From assembly GCF_003918875.1 (NCBI RefSeq), contig NW_025765503.1, positions 1,550,001-1,614,000 of the forward strand: DNA of 64,000 nt, given 5' to 3'. Positions 50,488 through 63,190 of the stretch are shown here, piece by piece (within the stretch, counting starts at the first letter, position 1; every line of letters starts with the position of its first letter). The notes under the pieces are model-generated. The model ran no database searches, was not told where the DNA came from, and saw only the letters and a list, made by a program, of their open reading frames with translations. Origin of the DNA: Haliotis rubra. Lineage: Eukaryota. The translations under genes were made by a program, and so were the position numbers.

Positions 50488-53400
50488 CCCTTCGTTGTCT
50501 ATGGAGTTGCTGCTTCTGTTGTTAGCAAAGCCAATCCCTATTATTACTACTAGATATGTGTTCTGAAATGTCTCAAGTGTGAATGCTTTTGTGCTGTATT
50601 GATTTGTAATTAATGAATAAATAAAATGAACCCCAAATATCTATGTATTGTGTTTATTCAAACAGCTGGATTCGTGGGTGTTTTTGTTCTGTTAAATACT
50701 GTGTACCTAGACCAAAAACAATATATGATTAACGAGTTTCTTAGATTACCATCTATGGTTATATATCGGTTATGTTTTATTCTGATAATCCACATATATA
50801 TGGATTTAAGTTCTCCAGTACAGTAAAGGAAACTAAAATTGCTGAATTGTGTTACAATCAATAAGCATCTGTACATATGGTGAGCTCCTGTAACAAGATA
50901 CTTTTTATGACACATTTCCTTTTGTACAAATGCAAAGAAAGGACATCAATTGAAATATTATACCCGACACTGCTATGTTAAGGTAGGAGGGTCAAACTGA
51001 TATTTATAAGTGTTAATGATCGTATCCTGGGACTCAAATGGTGGCATGCACAAACTATAACAACACAGTAGGCCTACATTCAGTAACATAGTTGGCAATG
51101 CCATATGACTTTTACTCTCACATAAACTAGTCATGATGTTTTTTAGAAGTTGTTATCCTATCATGGCGAGCTGAAGTCTCTTAATAGTTCTTCACACCAC
51201 TTTGCAGGAATTCTATTCCCTTTGAGGTACAATATATGTGAAAATCTGTTCTTATGTCCCCTGTCGTGACATTGGTGGGATAACGTAATGCCAAACGAAT
51301 GCAGTGACGAATCAGTAAAATATGAGCCTGTCTCATCTTACCGCAATCACTGGAGCGCTGCATAACAGTTACATGTGTGGAATGTATTAGAAGTACAATT
51401 ACGTTCACGAAAACATTGTGATATAGTATAGAAATCCCAGAACTGTTCAGTTCATATTCAGGGTACTCCTTATGCACAAAATAGCATGTTCGTGATAGAA
51501 CAAAAAGAGTTATTTCGAGAGCCGCCCATATGTTCTTGTCCGTTTTTATCGAGGTCTCGTCCCATCTCTCAAGGGAGGCCACTCTTCCAATATTATTGAC
51601 ACTCACTATAATGATATTACAACTGCCAATCTATTTTATACCACCATTCATGTTAATTGCACTGCCATAGGCATATCGAGGCGTTGTTGTCACGCGCAAA
51701 AATAATGACACTGCAATGATTGCTGAAGCAAAGCGATTCTACGAGTCTCACAATGTTAAAGTGACGATTATTTATAGCTAACCACTAGTTTTAAAAAGGC
51801 TAATAGATCCAAATTGTAATAACTAAGGAACATAAATAATTAACAACCACACTATGACGGTTTATCACGATTTTCTTTACTGACAAATGACTAAGACAAA
51901 TTCTAAGGCTTCATCTTACGTCTACTTTCCGTTATCCAAGGAACTGAAGAAGTGTTGAATGTCTTCACAAACATCCCGCTTGGCAATGTCATTAACCCGG
52001 CATTGGTCCATACGCCTGAATCAACATCTACTGCATTTAATTATTCTTCCTTTAATGGATTTATACTCACAAAATAAAGATCGATGAACTAAACAGGAGG
52101 AAGTTTATGACTGTGAACAACATACTGATTTACAGTTGGGTTAAAACAGTTCAACTTGCTGGTAAGTTCAAATGCTTAGTTTGAACCGCAAAAGCAACAC
52201 AACCTTACATGGGAAGCAATGGTTCGTATTAAAAGAGATACATATAAATGTACAATTACCTGCAGTTTCGACAATATAATATGTTAATGCAAAAATCAGG
52301 GGTAATCTATGGGTGGTTTCAAATGATAAAATAAAACGTGTGAGAAACCATGGTTGAATATGATAGAAAAGTGTATCATTCAGCTGACAGTTCATTAAAG
52401 TTTCCCTAATGTGCTATTGCGGGTTTGACAAAGTAGATATCATTGCATATCTTCCCCTGTGTGAGTGTCACGTATTATTCGATTTTCATTCACCAGCAAA
52501 TACTGATGAAAACAATGTGCAGGTTAAAGCGGAGATTTCCTATAAATATGAATTTGATTTCCCGTTCCTATTTTATACATACACGCACGCATCCATAGTT
52601 ATGTGCTCTATTGCACAGATATGATGCACGCCAAATGAATGCAGCAGCACCTGGAAAGTACTAGTCATTATAATAGTAGTCTTGCGCAACGTATGGACAG
52701 TTTTATACAGTAATATCAATGGCCTGGACATCAGTATAGTTCATTGTAAAAGACATCGTCAAGCATCATACAAATCCATATCACGAAGCTGTGTAGAAAA
52801 CAACGAATCGATTATTAGCATCAACGACAAACACGAACAATCAATCAGATCATCGAGAATGTGTCTTCCCTTACCTAGTGCAATAGAATATTCATAATAT
52901 CCGTCTCCAAAGCCTAAATTTAGGTAATTATGATGCCCACCAGATTCGAAATTAAGGGAATGATCAAACACATATCTGTGTTAAGGTTTTTTATGTGATA
53001 TGAGCAGGTTAATCCATGATGTATTGGTAAATGGACATGACATAGGATCTGCTTTGTTGCGTCACACGGGTGTTGAAGGATAGTAGGGCTTGTCTGTCGG
53101 GAATAAGTCAGTCTCACTCATAACGTTAAACTGATGAATATTTATGATACGCCGTACGTTATATAGACATACATTGAAATAATCCCCGAAAATAAACGAT
53201 TTACGAACACACACTAGCGATATAAAATCACTGTGTATAATGTAATCACCATTAAGATGACTTCTTAGTGTTAATTTGAATTTTATTTTCCGATATCCTA
53301 GTAACGACTGGAACCTGACCTGAAGTGTTGAAGGTCTTCATTGCCCAACACGCCCCTAGCATTGGCCATAACCCTGCAAGACTCCACACAACTGTTTGCA

Positions 53401-54777
53401 TCGTTTGCATTTATTAGTCCTTCCAGTCACGGATTCTCACAAATTGAATGTAGATCAATGAACGTAAAGGAGAAAGTTAAAGATTATAATATAAATTACA
53501 CCACAGATGTTTAGGTAGATTTGACACAGTAAACCTCAATACGAAGTTCAAACGCATTTAAACAACCTCAAAAGCATCACGATCTAATGTGGATCACTCA
53601 GATTGATAAATGAACTGTTTCCTTCAGTTTCTACAACTGTCAAAGATGAAAATAAGACTTATATATGTTACCTCTTACCTCCTTTGTTACGCGTGTGATA
53701 TTGATCAGATGTACAGTTCATACACACGATGGTCAATAGTAGAAATGTATCCATACAAATTCAGTATAATATAAGTAGCGAAATGAACAAAAACACGTTT
53801 TGTACACCGAATATTATTAGATACACTAATGTAATTAAAACAATACAATTCAGATGTAAAATATTCATTTGATGTCAATTTAATCTATTTAGAAATTAAA
53901 ATGCAGCAATTCCTGTGCGACAGTTAGACCGGTCGTTTAGCCTCATTAGCGCCATGTGGGGAAATAGAAATTGTTTAAGTTCGACAGTTTCAATGATTGT
54001 CGCAATGATTACATGAACTTCATTCCCTTTATCCCAAATATACGGTAACAGTGGTGATTGATGAGTTCACAGCCGAAGCGATATTAAGTTTATGAGAAAC
54101 AGAGTTTCAAGTGGGATTACTTGTGCTCACTAGTGCATGTATTAAAGAACGTGATTGTGAAACAAAGAGCATAGACATTCATACCTCAATTTTTCCCCGA
54201 AACATGCCATTGTAGTGAAAACATACTTCCATATTGAAACATACGAATGCAAAAACAACTTGAAATATATACAGTTTTTGGTTTCAAAGCTCCTTATTCG
54301 AAAAGCAAATTTAATAGCGTGAAAGACATATCTGACTGAGATTTGCATTAGTCGTTGACAGTTGTGACCACATATGTTTTTGCGGTCTATCTATCATGAA
54401 AAAACATTAATATGGCAGCGAATAGTATTGTATTTGGTAAGTACATAGTGCCTTGAAATAATTGGAACATTGACAACATCCCTCACATTACCTCAATAAT
54501 CAACTGGCTGCTTTGTAATTGCTCTAACAGAAGCTATTGGTTAACTAAAGGTTGACCATGTGACAATATGATAGTATAGAGAGAGTTGCATTGAAACTGT
54601 TCATACTTCAAACTTTGTTTACAATCAGATATTTATATTTTATCCAGTTAATCGAATAATAACATTCCTGGTTTTTAAAGTGAAATCCCCAATTTGCTTA
54701 CATTAAACAAAGTCCAATTCCAACTGACTGGGTGAGTAACGATGTCCGTAACTCTCCATGAGGTCGTCTAATGACAC

Positions 54778-54847
54778 AGTCACGTGGTGCACATATAACA
54801 TAATGGTGTTGGAAGTGACCACGTGACCCCTGAAGATAAGTATATAT
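54778..54847 (+). promoter_or_regulatory. Gene 7 promoter: inverted E-box pair plus TATA
   Basis: AGTCACGTGG 54778, CCACGTGACC 54819, TATATA 54841. Confidence 0.75.
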
Positions 54848-54917
54848 GAAGACAACTTCATAGTGATAGTATCAGTCATCCCATCACTGGTGTACCGTCT
54901 AGTCAATTCTGTTCATC

Positions 54918-55670
54918 ATGAAGGTAACGTTCCATTTTGTTTCCATCACATTTCAACGTTCATTTGGAGGGGATTGGTGACTCTGAAAGGCCTGTTATGT
55001 CTGTGTAAACAGGTTGTCAACATACAAATTGTGAGATAGATTTACGATCATACCTGCACCAACTTTTAGTTCTGTGTTATAATCTGGTTAAGGATTTCAT
55101 TGTTTACATTATCCATTCATCATAGTTTTATTCTGACACATTTACATGTATACTTTTATTGGGAACATGAACATGATTTTAAAATATTTTTCCTATTTTC
55201 ATAACAGAGTGATCGTATTTTCGACTTATCTTTGTTGTCAGTTCACCGTCGCTGTGTTGTCCGCCATGGTCTGCTCTGCCATGGCACAGTTACCTCTCCT
55301 TGGTAAAGGAGCTGGAACTTTCGGCGTTGGCTTCAACAATGGACGTATTGCTGGTAAAGGCTATGGTTACAATCCATACAATAACTATGGCTACAATGGA
55401 TACGGTAACGGTATAGGTGTTGGCAACGCTGGTGTTGTTGGTACAGGCTATGGCTACAACCCCTACAACAACAACTATGGGTACAACGGCTATGGCTACG
55501 GTAAAGGCGTTGGTAACGTTGGTGCTGGAAAAGCTTACGGTAACGACTACAACCCCTACAACTACAACAACAATGGCTACGGTAAAGGTGTTGCTGGTCA
55601 CGGTGCTGGTCTTGTAGGACACGGACCTTTCGTTGGACACGGTCCCTACATTGCTGGACACGGCCTTTAA
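54918..55670 (+). CDS. Secreted Gly/Tyr/Asn/His-rich protein, copy 7 (144 aa, truncated at TAC>TAA)
   Basis: Exon 1 54918-54923, exon 2 55242-55670. The former coding tail has a 1-nt deletion, the shared TGA (55733) and a further deletion. Confidence 0.8.
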
Positions 55671-56094
55671 GGACATGATGGCAGCTTTGCTGGACATGAT
55701 CTTTCGTCGGAAACGGTGTTTATGGACATGGTTGACCCTTCGTTGGTCATAGGGTTGTTAGCAAAGCTAGTCCCTCTTACTACCATTAGATATATGCGCT
55801 AAAATACTTTAAGTGTGAATGTTTTTATACTGTAATGATTTATTGTCAATAAATAGATAAAATGTAGACAACATGTATTGTTTTCATTCAAAGAGCCGGA
55901 TTTATACTGTTTGATTAACGACTTTCTTAAATTACCGTATATGGTTATCATGTCATGGTTTATTCTGACGATAATTTCAATAGATTTCATTAATCGCAGG
56001 ACATGCTTACCCCTTAACCTTCATATACTTGGATCAACCAGATGGTGCCACATGAATACGCGCAAACGCCCAGTTGCGGGTACAGCAACGTGCA

Positions 56095-56320
56095 GTAGAC
56101 TTGGACAAAGTACTGTGACTATGTGTCCCAGTCCACCCAGCTGTGAATGGGTACCTCGTAAGGATGGGAATGCCACAATAACTCAGTGCGCCTAGTGGCT
56201 GCAAGAGTTGTATGATCCCCAGGGAGTTGAGATTGATAATACGATGTGCCGTTAAGATTGACATCCAGTGAACGAGGGAAAAACAAAGCGCCTTTGAGCA
56301 GCTGAGCTGAGCTGGATATC
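56095..56320 (+). mobile_element. Partial SINE with Nin/Deu-like central domain
   Basis: CTTGGACAAAGTACT...CAGTCCACCCAGCTGTGAATGGGTACC...AAAGCGCCTTTGAGCA, running into the gap. Confidence 0.55.
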
Positions 56321-56608
56321 NNNNNNNNNNNNNNNNNNNNNNNNNNNNNNNNNNNNNNNNNNNNNNNNNNNNNNNNNNNNNNNNNNNNNNNNNNNNNNNN
56401 NNNNNNNNNNNNNNNNNNNNNNNNNNNNNNNNNNNNNNNNNNNNNNNNNNNNNNNNNNNNNNNNNNNNNNNNNNNNNNNNNNNNNNNNNNNNNNNNNNNN
56501 NNNNNNNNNNNNNNNNNNNNNNNNNNNNNNNNNNNNNNNNNNNNNNNNNNNNNNNNNNNNNNNNNNNNNNNNNNNNNNNNNNNNNNNNNNNNNNNNNNNN
56601 NNNNNNNN
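56321..56608. other. Assembly gap (288 N)
   Basis: Run of N. Confidence 1.
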
Positions 56609-59223
56609 TAAAACGGTTTTATGGATCTACAGTAAATTGCATTACATTCAGATATCATATGTACATATGGTGAGATCTTGTCATAAGAGATAACCGTGCA
56701 GATCCGGGTTAGAACCAATTCGAATGACGGGATCTGGTGGACAGGCTGGCTGACCCGGTTGACACATGTCATCGTGTCTTAAATGCGTAGATCGATGTCG
56801 AAGTGCGGCGTTAAACAGCAAGCAATCACACAAACTAAATCCTGTCATACGATCACAGATATGTTATGACCTTTCTTTTTCTACAAATGCGAAATAATGT
56901 CATTATCGGAAATGTCAGCTACATAGCGGTGGTCCGTAGATAATCGAGTCTGGACTAGACAATCCAGTGATCAACAGCATGAGTGTCGATCTACGCAACT
57001 GGGATACGAGAAGATGTCTCAACCAAGTCAGCGAGCCTGACAGGAGAAAGTTAACGGTTGTATTAACTATACTGATTTACTGTTGGATTGAAACATTTAA
57101 ACTAGCTGGTAAGTTCAAAGTTTCGACAACATAATATATTAATGCAATAATCAGGGGTAATCTATGAATGGTTTGAGAAACGTGTGAGAAACCATGGTTG
57201 AATATGATAGAAAAGAGTATCAATCAGCTGACTGTTCATTTAAGTTTCCCTAATGTGCTATTACACAGACCGTTACATGGTACGAAAGTGTGCCCTATCA
57301 CCACTGCAGTAATACACTTTTGGCATATAACAATGGTTCCTGTTCCTGTTTATATTTTAATTTGGAGAAGGCATAAATTTTGCACATACACGCGCGCGCA
57401 CACACTCACATGCCGGCGCGTAGACGCACTTATATATCTGTGTTCTCTGTGTCAGGAATACTATTAAAGCCAAATATATTTAACTTGTATATTAAAGACA
57501 CCTATCACAGTGTCATTCATGTACATCAGTGTCTGCATTCAATGCCAGGTTTCAGAAAATTTGATACCCAGTCTTAAAAATGAAAGTATAACATTAATGA
57601 AAATGTTTCTAAAGCTTGACCACAGTCACTTGAAGGTGAGTATTATTACCATTGACTATATTGCTGTTACCACTGCAAAGATATTTTATACTGCCACTAT
57701 TTGAATTACACTGCCACAGGCATGGAGAAGCGTTGTTGTCACACAAAGACAATGACACTGCTATGATCACTGGAGCAACGCGAGTCTCACAACAATTAAG
57801 TGATCAATATTTATAAATAACCACTAGTTTTAAAAAAATGTAATAATTCAGGAACATAAATAATCTACGAGCAAACTTTGACGATTTTATCACGATTTCC
57901 TTTAACATGATCGCCATTAAGACGAATTTTAAATTTTCGTCTACATGTACTTTCCGTTATCCAAGGAATAATGAAGAAGTGTTGAATGTCCTCACAAACA
58001 CCCCATTAGCAATGCAATAAACCCTGCATGATTCCACATCAATTGTATTCAATAATTATTTCTTTCAATAATTCAATGAACTAAACAGGAGAAAGTTAAA
58101 GACTGTAAATATCTATACTGATTTTACGGTAGGGTAGTAAGTTCAAATATTTAGTTTCAAGCGCAAAGGCAAAACTACCTGAAAGAGACGCAGGTGTAAT
58201 ATCGACACAGATACATGTAAATGTTCTATTGAATGCTTTTATTGAGGAGCAATCTATGAACGGTTTTGCATAATTTCTGACATTTCCTAGCTTGATTACA
58301 TTCATATTGGTGGCTCAGTTGCAAGCACCCGATACTATATCCTAAGTTTTTAATTATGTGGATTCAACATCTGCTTCATAAGCTGATATACAAACCGCTC
58401 AGTAAAGCTACATTTGCCATTAGTTAGCATACGCCATTCACTTCTTCAGCTCCAATTGAAAACCTATCATGCAGGTTCCCTTTAAATATTGGCGTAAACG
58501 GAACCGTATTAGAAGGGGATCTGGTTACAACGTTTCTTCATATACAAATGCAATTGTCGGAACAGCCGGGATAAACCGCTAGATCAGTATGTACAAACGC
58601 TGTCTTCAGTCTTCAGTCCACACCACGTGGACGCAACTCTGAGAGACGACAGAGACAGATTTCCCCTCTGTTCGTTTCTTTGTTACGTGTTATGTGTTAT
58701 GTTCTATGTTGAGTTCGTGTTAGGGGGTTTGCAAGTGCGTATGTTAGGCGTTCTTGTTTTATCGAAACCGTGTTACTCGAAGTTAAACGTTTAAACAAAG
58801 TCAGCATCAATTCCGATTTTCTTTCCAATCAAAAGTTGACCAACAGTGATATCACTGTTCAACGCTTAGTTAAATCCATTTCACTCAAAGATTCGTAAGT
58901 AAATACAACAATATATATTGTCAGGTACATGTGTGTTTATTCTTTGAGATAATTTAACGATAAAAGGGTGAGGAAATCCCCTATAAAACACAGTCATACA
59001 TCATGCATCTCTAGCACAGCATCTAATGGTGATTGTAGGGACTGGCTTTGCCGACAAAAGAAACAGAAAATCCTTGTCCCACAAACGGTTCTCCATGTCC
59101 ATAAACACCGCGACCAGCAGCTCCTCGTCCGACGAAAGGTTCATGTCCAGCAACGAAACCCTCATGCCCGTAGACACCTTGGCCACCAAATGGACCATGA
59201 CCAGCGAAACTGCCATCATGTCA

Positions 59224-59669
59224 CTAAAGGCCGTGTCCAGCAACGAAGCGATCGTGTCCGACGAAAGGTCCGTGTCCTACAAGACCAGCTCCATGTCCAG
59301 CAACGTTCCCAACACCTTTACCGTAGCCATAGCTGTTGTAGTTGTAGGGACTGTAGTTGTAACCATAACCTTTAACATCAACACCAACGTTGCCAACGCC
59401 TTTATGATAGCCATATTCGTTATAGCTGTTGTATGGATTGTAGCCATAGCCGTTTCCAGCAATACCGAAAGATCCGGATCGACGGGGAAGTTGCGCCAGG
59501 GTAGAGGCGACTAGCACGGACAACACAGCAACGACAGCCTGAATACATAAAACAAAATAACTTTATTAGAGTCGTAACTGAATGGATTAGCTGGATCAAC
59601 ATAAGCTTGAGAAATCACTGAGATACCAGATATAAAGTTTGAAGAGATGTGCACATATCTCACCTTCAT
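59224..59669 (-). CDS. Secreted Gly/Tyr/Asn/His-rich protein, copy 8 (106 aa, divergent, truncated TAC>TAG; possibly a pseudogene)
   Basis: Exon 1 59669-59664|GTGAG, exon 2 59538-59224. MKAVVAVLSVLVASTLA-Q signal. After TAG-TGA the frame stays open for 65 codons to TAG at 59023. Confidence 0.75.
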
Positions 59670-59674
59670 GATGA

Positions 59675-59998
59675 GGTGAGGTGAGGTGAAATTGGGTTTT
59701 ACGTCGTGCTTGAGAATATGTGTATGTGCGGCTGCTTGTACTAGCCCAGACTGAAGCTGGTTTTATAGTGCTAGCCCACTGAGATACCATGCCGCAGTGA
59801 AGCATGAATACCCCACTCAGACACATTATACTGACTCCGAGCCGACCAGTCCTTGTTGTACCCATTAATGCCGAGCGCCAGGCAGGGACCAACAAGTACC
59901 ATATTTTAAGGTCTTTTGGTATGACGCGGTCGGGGATCGAACCCGCGACCTTCCGCTCTCCGGGCGGACACTCTAACCACTACACCAAGGAGGCGGTC
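59675..59998 (-). mobile_element. Full-length tRNA-derived SINE inserted in exon 1 of copy 8
   Basis: Box A TGGTGTAGTGG, box B GGTTCGATCCC, (CTCAC)n tail; 12-bp TSD CCTTCATGATGA at 59663 and 59999. Confidence 0.9.
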
Positions 59999-60086
59999 CC
60001 TTCATGATGAACAGACTTGACTTGAAGATGCACCAGTGTTGAGAAGACTGATGCCACAACCTTGGTTTTCCTTAAAACCGTCACAG

Positions 60087-60097
60087 GGTCACGTGAC
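60087..60097 (-). promoter_or_regulatory. Gene 8 upstream palindromic E-box GTCACGTGAC
   Basis: Same position relative to the exon-1 leader (CACTGGTG...CAAGTCTGTTCATCATG) as in paralogs, but only one box remains. Confidence 0.55.
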
Positions 60098-60950
60098 GGC
60101 CACCCTATGAGTTCCACCGCTAAACGAACATCAGGTAACCTCCATTATCGAATTTGTACAACGTCCACATCCTGCTGATCGATCAGTATTAATCACGAAA
60201 ATATTGCAAGTAAAATGCACAAGGATATTCATCGATGATTTCTAACTGTCATTAAATATTTCTGTTTTTTTCTGTAAACTGTTTATAACCCTGACCCACA
60301 CAGTACCTGTCTCTATTGATAAAAATATCGTTAATTGCCATTTTGTTTTAACTTTCCAATTTTCATTCAGTTAACACTTGCCAACAGATGGTTGTTGAAA
60401 ATAACGCCTTGAACAGAGACTTGTATGTTAAACAAACGAGTAAAATAATGATTTAAATTTTTAGTCCACGAAAATGTACACTTTTGTTTAATATCATTTG
60501 CCGACGTAAACATTATGTATACCAGATAATTTCGTATGTATGTTGTTGGGTACAGTGACGCATTTTGCACTAATCTTGCTTTTCTATCCTTTCCCATTTG
60601 ACCGAGTGTTGTGAGCCTTTCCGTTTTTATAAGATTTTCGAAAACATGTAATGAACTGATATTGCATGTAATATATGTAATCTTTATTTCTTCTTTTCTC
60701 TTATCTTGTCCTTCTCTGCCCATTGGTGGTGATATGGTGTATATACTGTAGGTTTCAGTCTGTAGGTTTTATCACCCTCTGTTACCTGTTTAGCCTTTGA
60801 TAAACGCGATGAGTACCTATTGTCACCTTCTCTGTTGTGTCTTTTATGCAGCCAAGGAAAAAAATTACACTGACATTGAATAAAGACAAATGCCCTTTTC
60901 ATACGATGTATATTCTCTTCTGAAGAGTGATTTGCCTAAATGTACAACTT

Positions 60951-61408
60951 GTGAGTGAGTGAGTGAGTGAGTGAGTGAGTGAGTCAATATTTAACGTCAC
61001 ATCGGCAATATTTCAGCCATATCGTGACGAGAACATTTGACATTGAAATGAAACATATGTATATTAAAAATACCTGCCGACGAAGGACAGTAAAACAACT
61101 AGAATATCACAGATTTGTATGTAAAACTAGTAATTAAATCTAAAACGTTTTAACTATAGGGGGAAAACAATACAGTATAAAAATGAGCTATAAATCGCCA
61201 ATAACTGAAGGTAAATCACCATACCAGGGACCATGGGGACTTACATTACTTTTGCTACCTGCATGGACCCTAGTTGGATTTACACCATCCCTTCAGCCAT
61301 TGGCGACAGAAGAGAAATCTAGCTATAAATTAAAAGCACACATATTCTACGATTAAAAACGTGGCAAGCCTAAATTTACTCTAAATGTGTTGGGACTTAC
61401 GTACCGTG
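60951..61408 (-). mobile_element. Retroposon 3' fragment with (ACTC)n tail
   Basis: (GAGT)n at 60951-60985, flanking CAACTTGT duplication; related sequence at ~35210-35400. Confidence 0.55.
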
Positions 61409-63190
61409 CAACTTGTACTGTGTCTTATATGTAGCATTCCTTCATATAACAAGAAGATTTAACCTCACAAAATTTCATTAGAAACCGAACAAACTAGCAC
61501 ATAGTACATGTTCGTATGCCCGATTCAACTTGCAAACACAATTTTACTTCAACATTTTGTTAATGTAGTTGTTACTTTCACTTGAATGGTGTTAAAGATC
61601 TGCGAAGAGACAGATCAACTGATTAAACTGGAACTGCTGTTTCACACCTTCATAACACAACACGACTGTATACGTTATTTGCAAGTTTGATAACTGTTAT
61701 AAACTATTTGATTGGGGTTTTTTCTATGGTTGCATTCACATTTAAATGATTACTCAATTCAGTCATCAATTCTTTACATCAACGTCATGGGTTATACAAT
61801 TCAGTCATTCATTCTCAGATGGTTTATGATGCAAAACTAATGTGTCCACGACAACTTTGGTGGGATATTTCATGAAAGCAATTAAAAGCTGTGAATTTGC
61901 ATAGTACCTATTTGTGTCCGAATCTCATTTAAGATTTAAGCCTGAGGCTATGATCCCGACACCGTGTGCGGTCAGAATGACATCGAATGTACTGCCCCGG
62001 GCGACGAATTAATCCCAAGTCATTAAAGGTTTACCCCAAACTGAAAACAATATTAAAGAAAGTACATCATTGTAGTATCTTTTTAGCTGAAACGCATTGA
62101 CGAATAATGGTACAGGTATGAAAAGGTTATGTAAAATATCATTCTTTTCCAAAAATCTTGTCCCAACGATATTATTCTCCAGAATGAAGGTGTGAATTTC
62201 CAGACCTCTACGTATACCGAATCGCACTTATTATAAATGCTTGAGACTATAATCTCTTGCGGTGAAAATTACATCGAATGTATTGCCCCGGACGAGGTAT
62301 TAATCCCAAGTCATTAAACGTTCACTCTCCACACTTTTTAAAGACAGTTCATTAAACCATTGAAACATTACGTCCCAAGCTTGTATAAAGATTATGTAAT
62401 TACTATTTGTAATACATACATAGATTTGTGTTTCAAAAATGTTTGAATTTAAGTTTATATGTGTGTATGTTTTTCTGCATGATTTTTAAGTCTAATAAAG
62501 AAAGTAATCTTGTCTCGCTCTGGTTACTACAAAATTGATGACAAAAACCTATTGTAAACCGATGTATATACACGCATACTGATTGGTGAGCATAACTTTT
62601 CCAAGTTTTTGTCTATTACATAAGAAGCATTATATATCTTCAAATACATATTAACATTATACCCTCGACGTCTTGGGAGTACCACTACAATTACAATTGT
62701 ATTTATTCCATTCAGAAATGGGCATTTTCGAAAGCATAACGGTTAAAATCAAAATTAGAATACGCCACAATCATGAAGATAAGATACAGTTGTACCAACA
62801 CTCACATGTACAGTTAATTCCCAGTAATCTGTACACGCTTCCTGATCAACGGAATATTACTGGATACATTTAGGATCAAGGGAATAATACTGGATACATT
62901 TGGGAGAACAGCCATTTTATCCTGAAGGGTCGGCCTGCATTTTCGTTAGACACAGGGTATATATCATTATCTAAAAACACGTATTTTGTCTTTGGAGAAG
63001 AGAGACAGATAAGCAAATCACAATGCATCACGGAAATCATTGATGATTTCCGTATCAGAGTGGTGTGTGATCGTGTTATAATTATCACTAACATAGTTGT
63101 AAATTCATCCATAATGTGACAATTAACAACGATGTTATTATAATCCACTAAAGTTGATGCTGTCAAACCTAATGTTTCTGTTATTTTCAG

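Larger units (their letters stand above)
46431..55800 (+). repeat. Recent tandem segmental duplication of the gene 6 and gene 7 units (~46431-50560 vs ~51900-55800, period ~5.2-5.5 kb)
   Basis: Long near-identical stretches, e.g. 47300 vs 52637, 48030 vs 53280, 49180 vs 54425. Confidence 0.9.

Noticed and set aside
19421-54906. Recurrent MTRRYTSDEMTDT ORFs antisense to exon 1 and the promoter
   Set aside because: Non-ATG starts and variable ends; the similarity is explained by duplication of promoter DNA.
56119-56772. 217-aa ORF
   Set aside because: Artefact spanning the N gap.
34082-59998. tRNA-like A/B boxes at 34251, 46928 and 59998 as tRNA genes
   Set aside because: They continue into SINE bodies with simple-repeat tails (and TSDs in two cases) and lack a complete cloverleaf.
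61980-62400. Degenerate ~290-bp direct repeat upstream of copy 9
   Set aside because: Appears to be a simple local duplication; no LTR, TIR or coding hallmarks.
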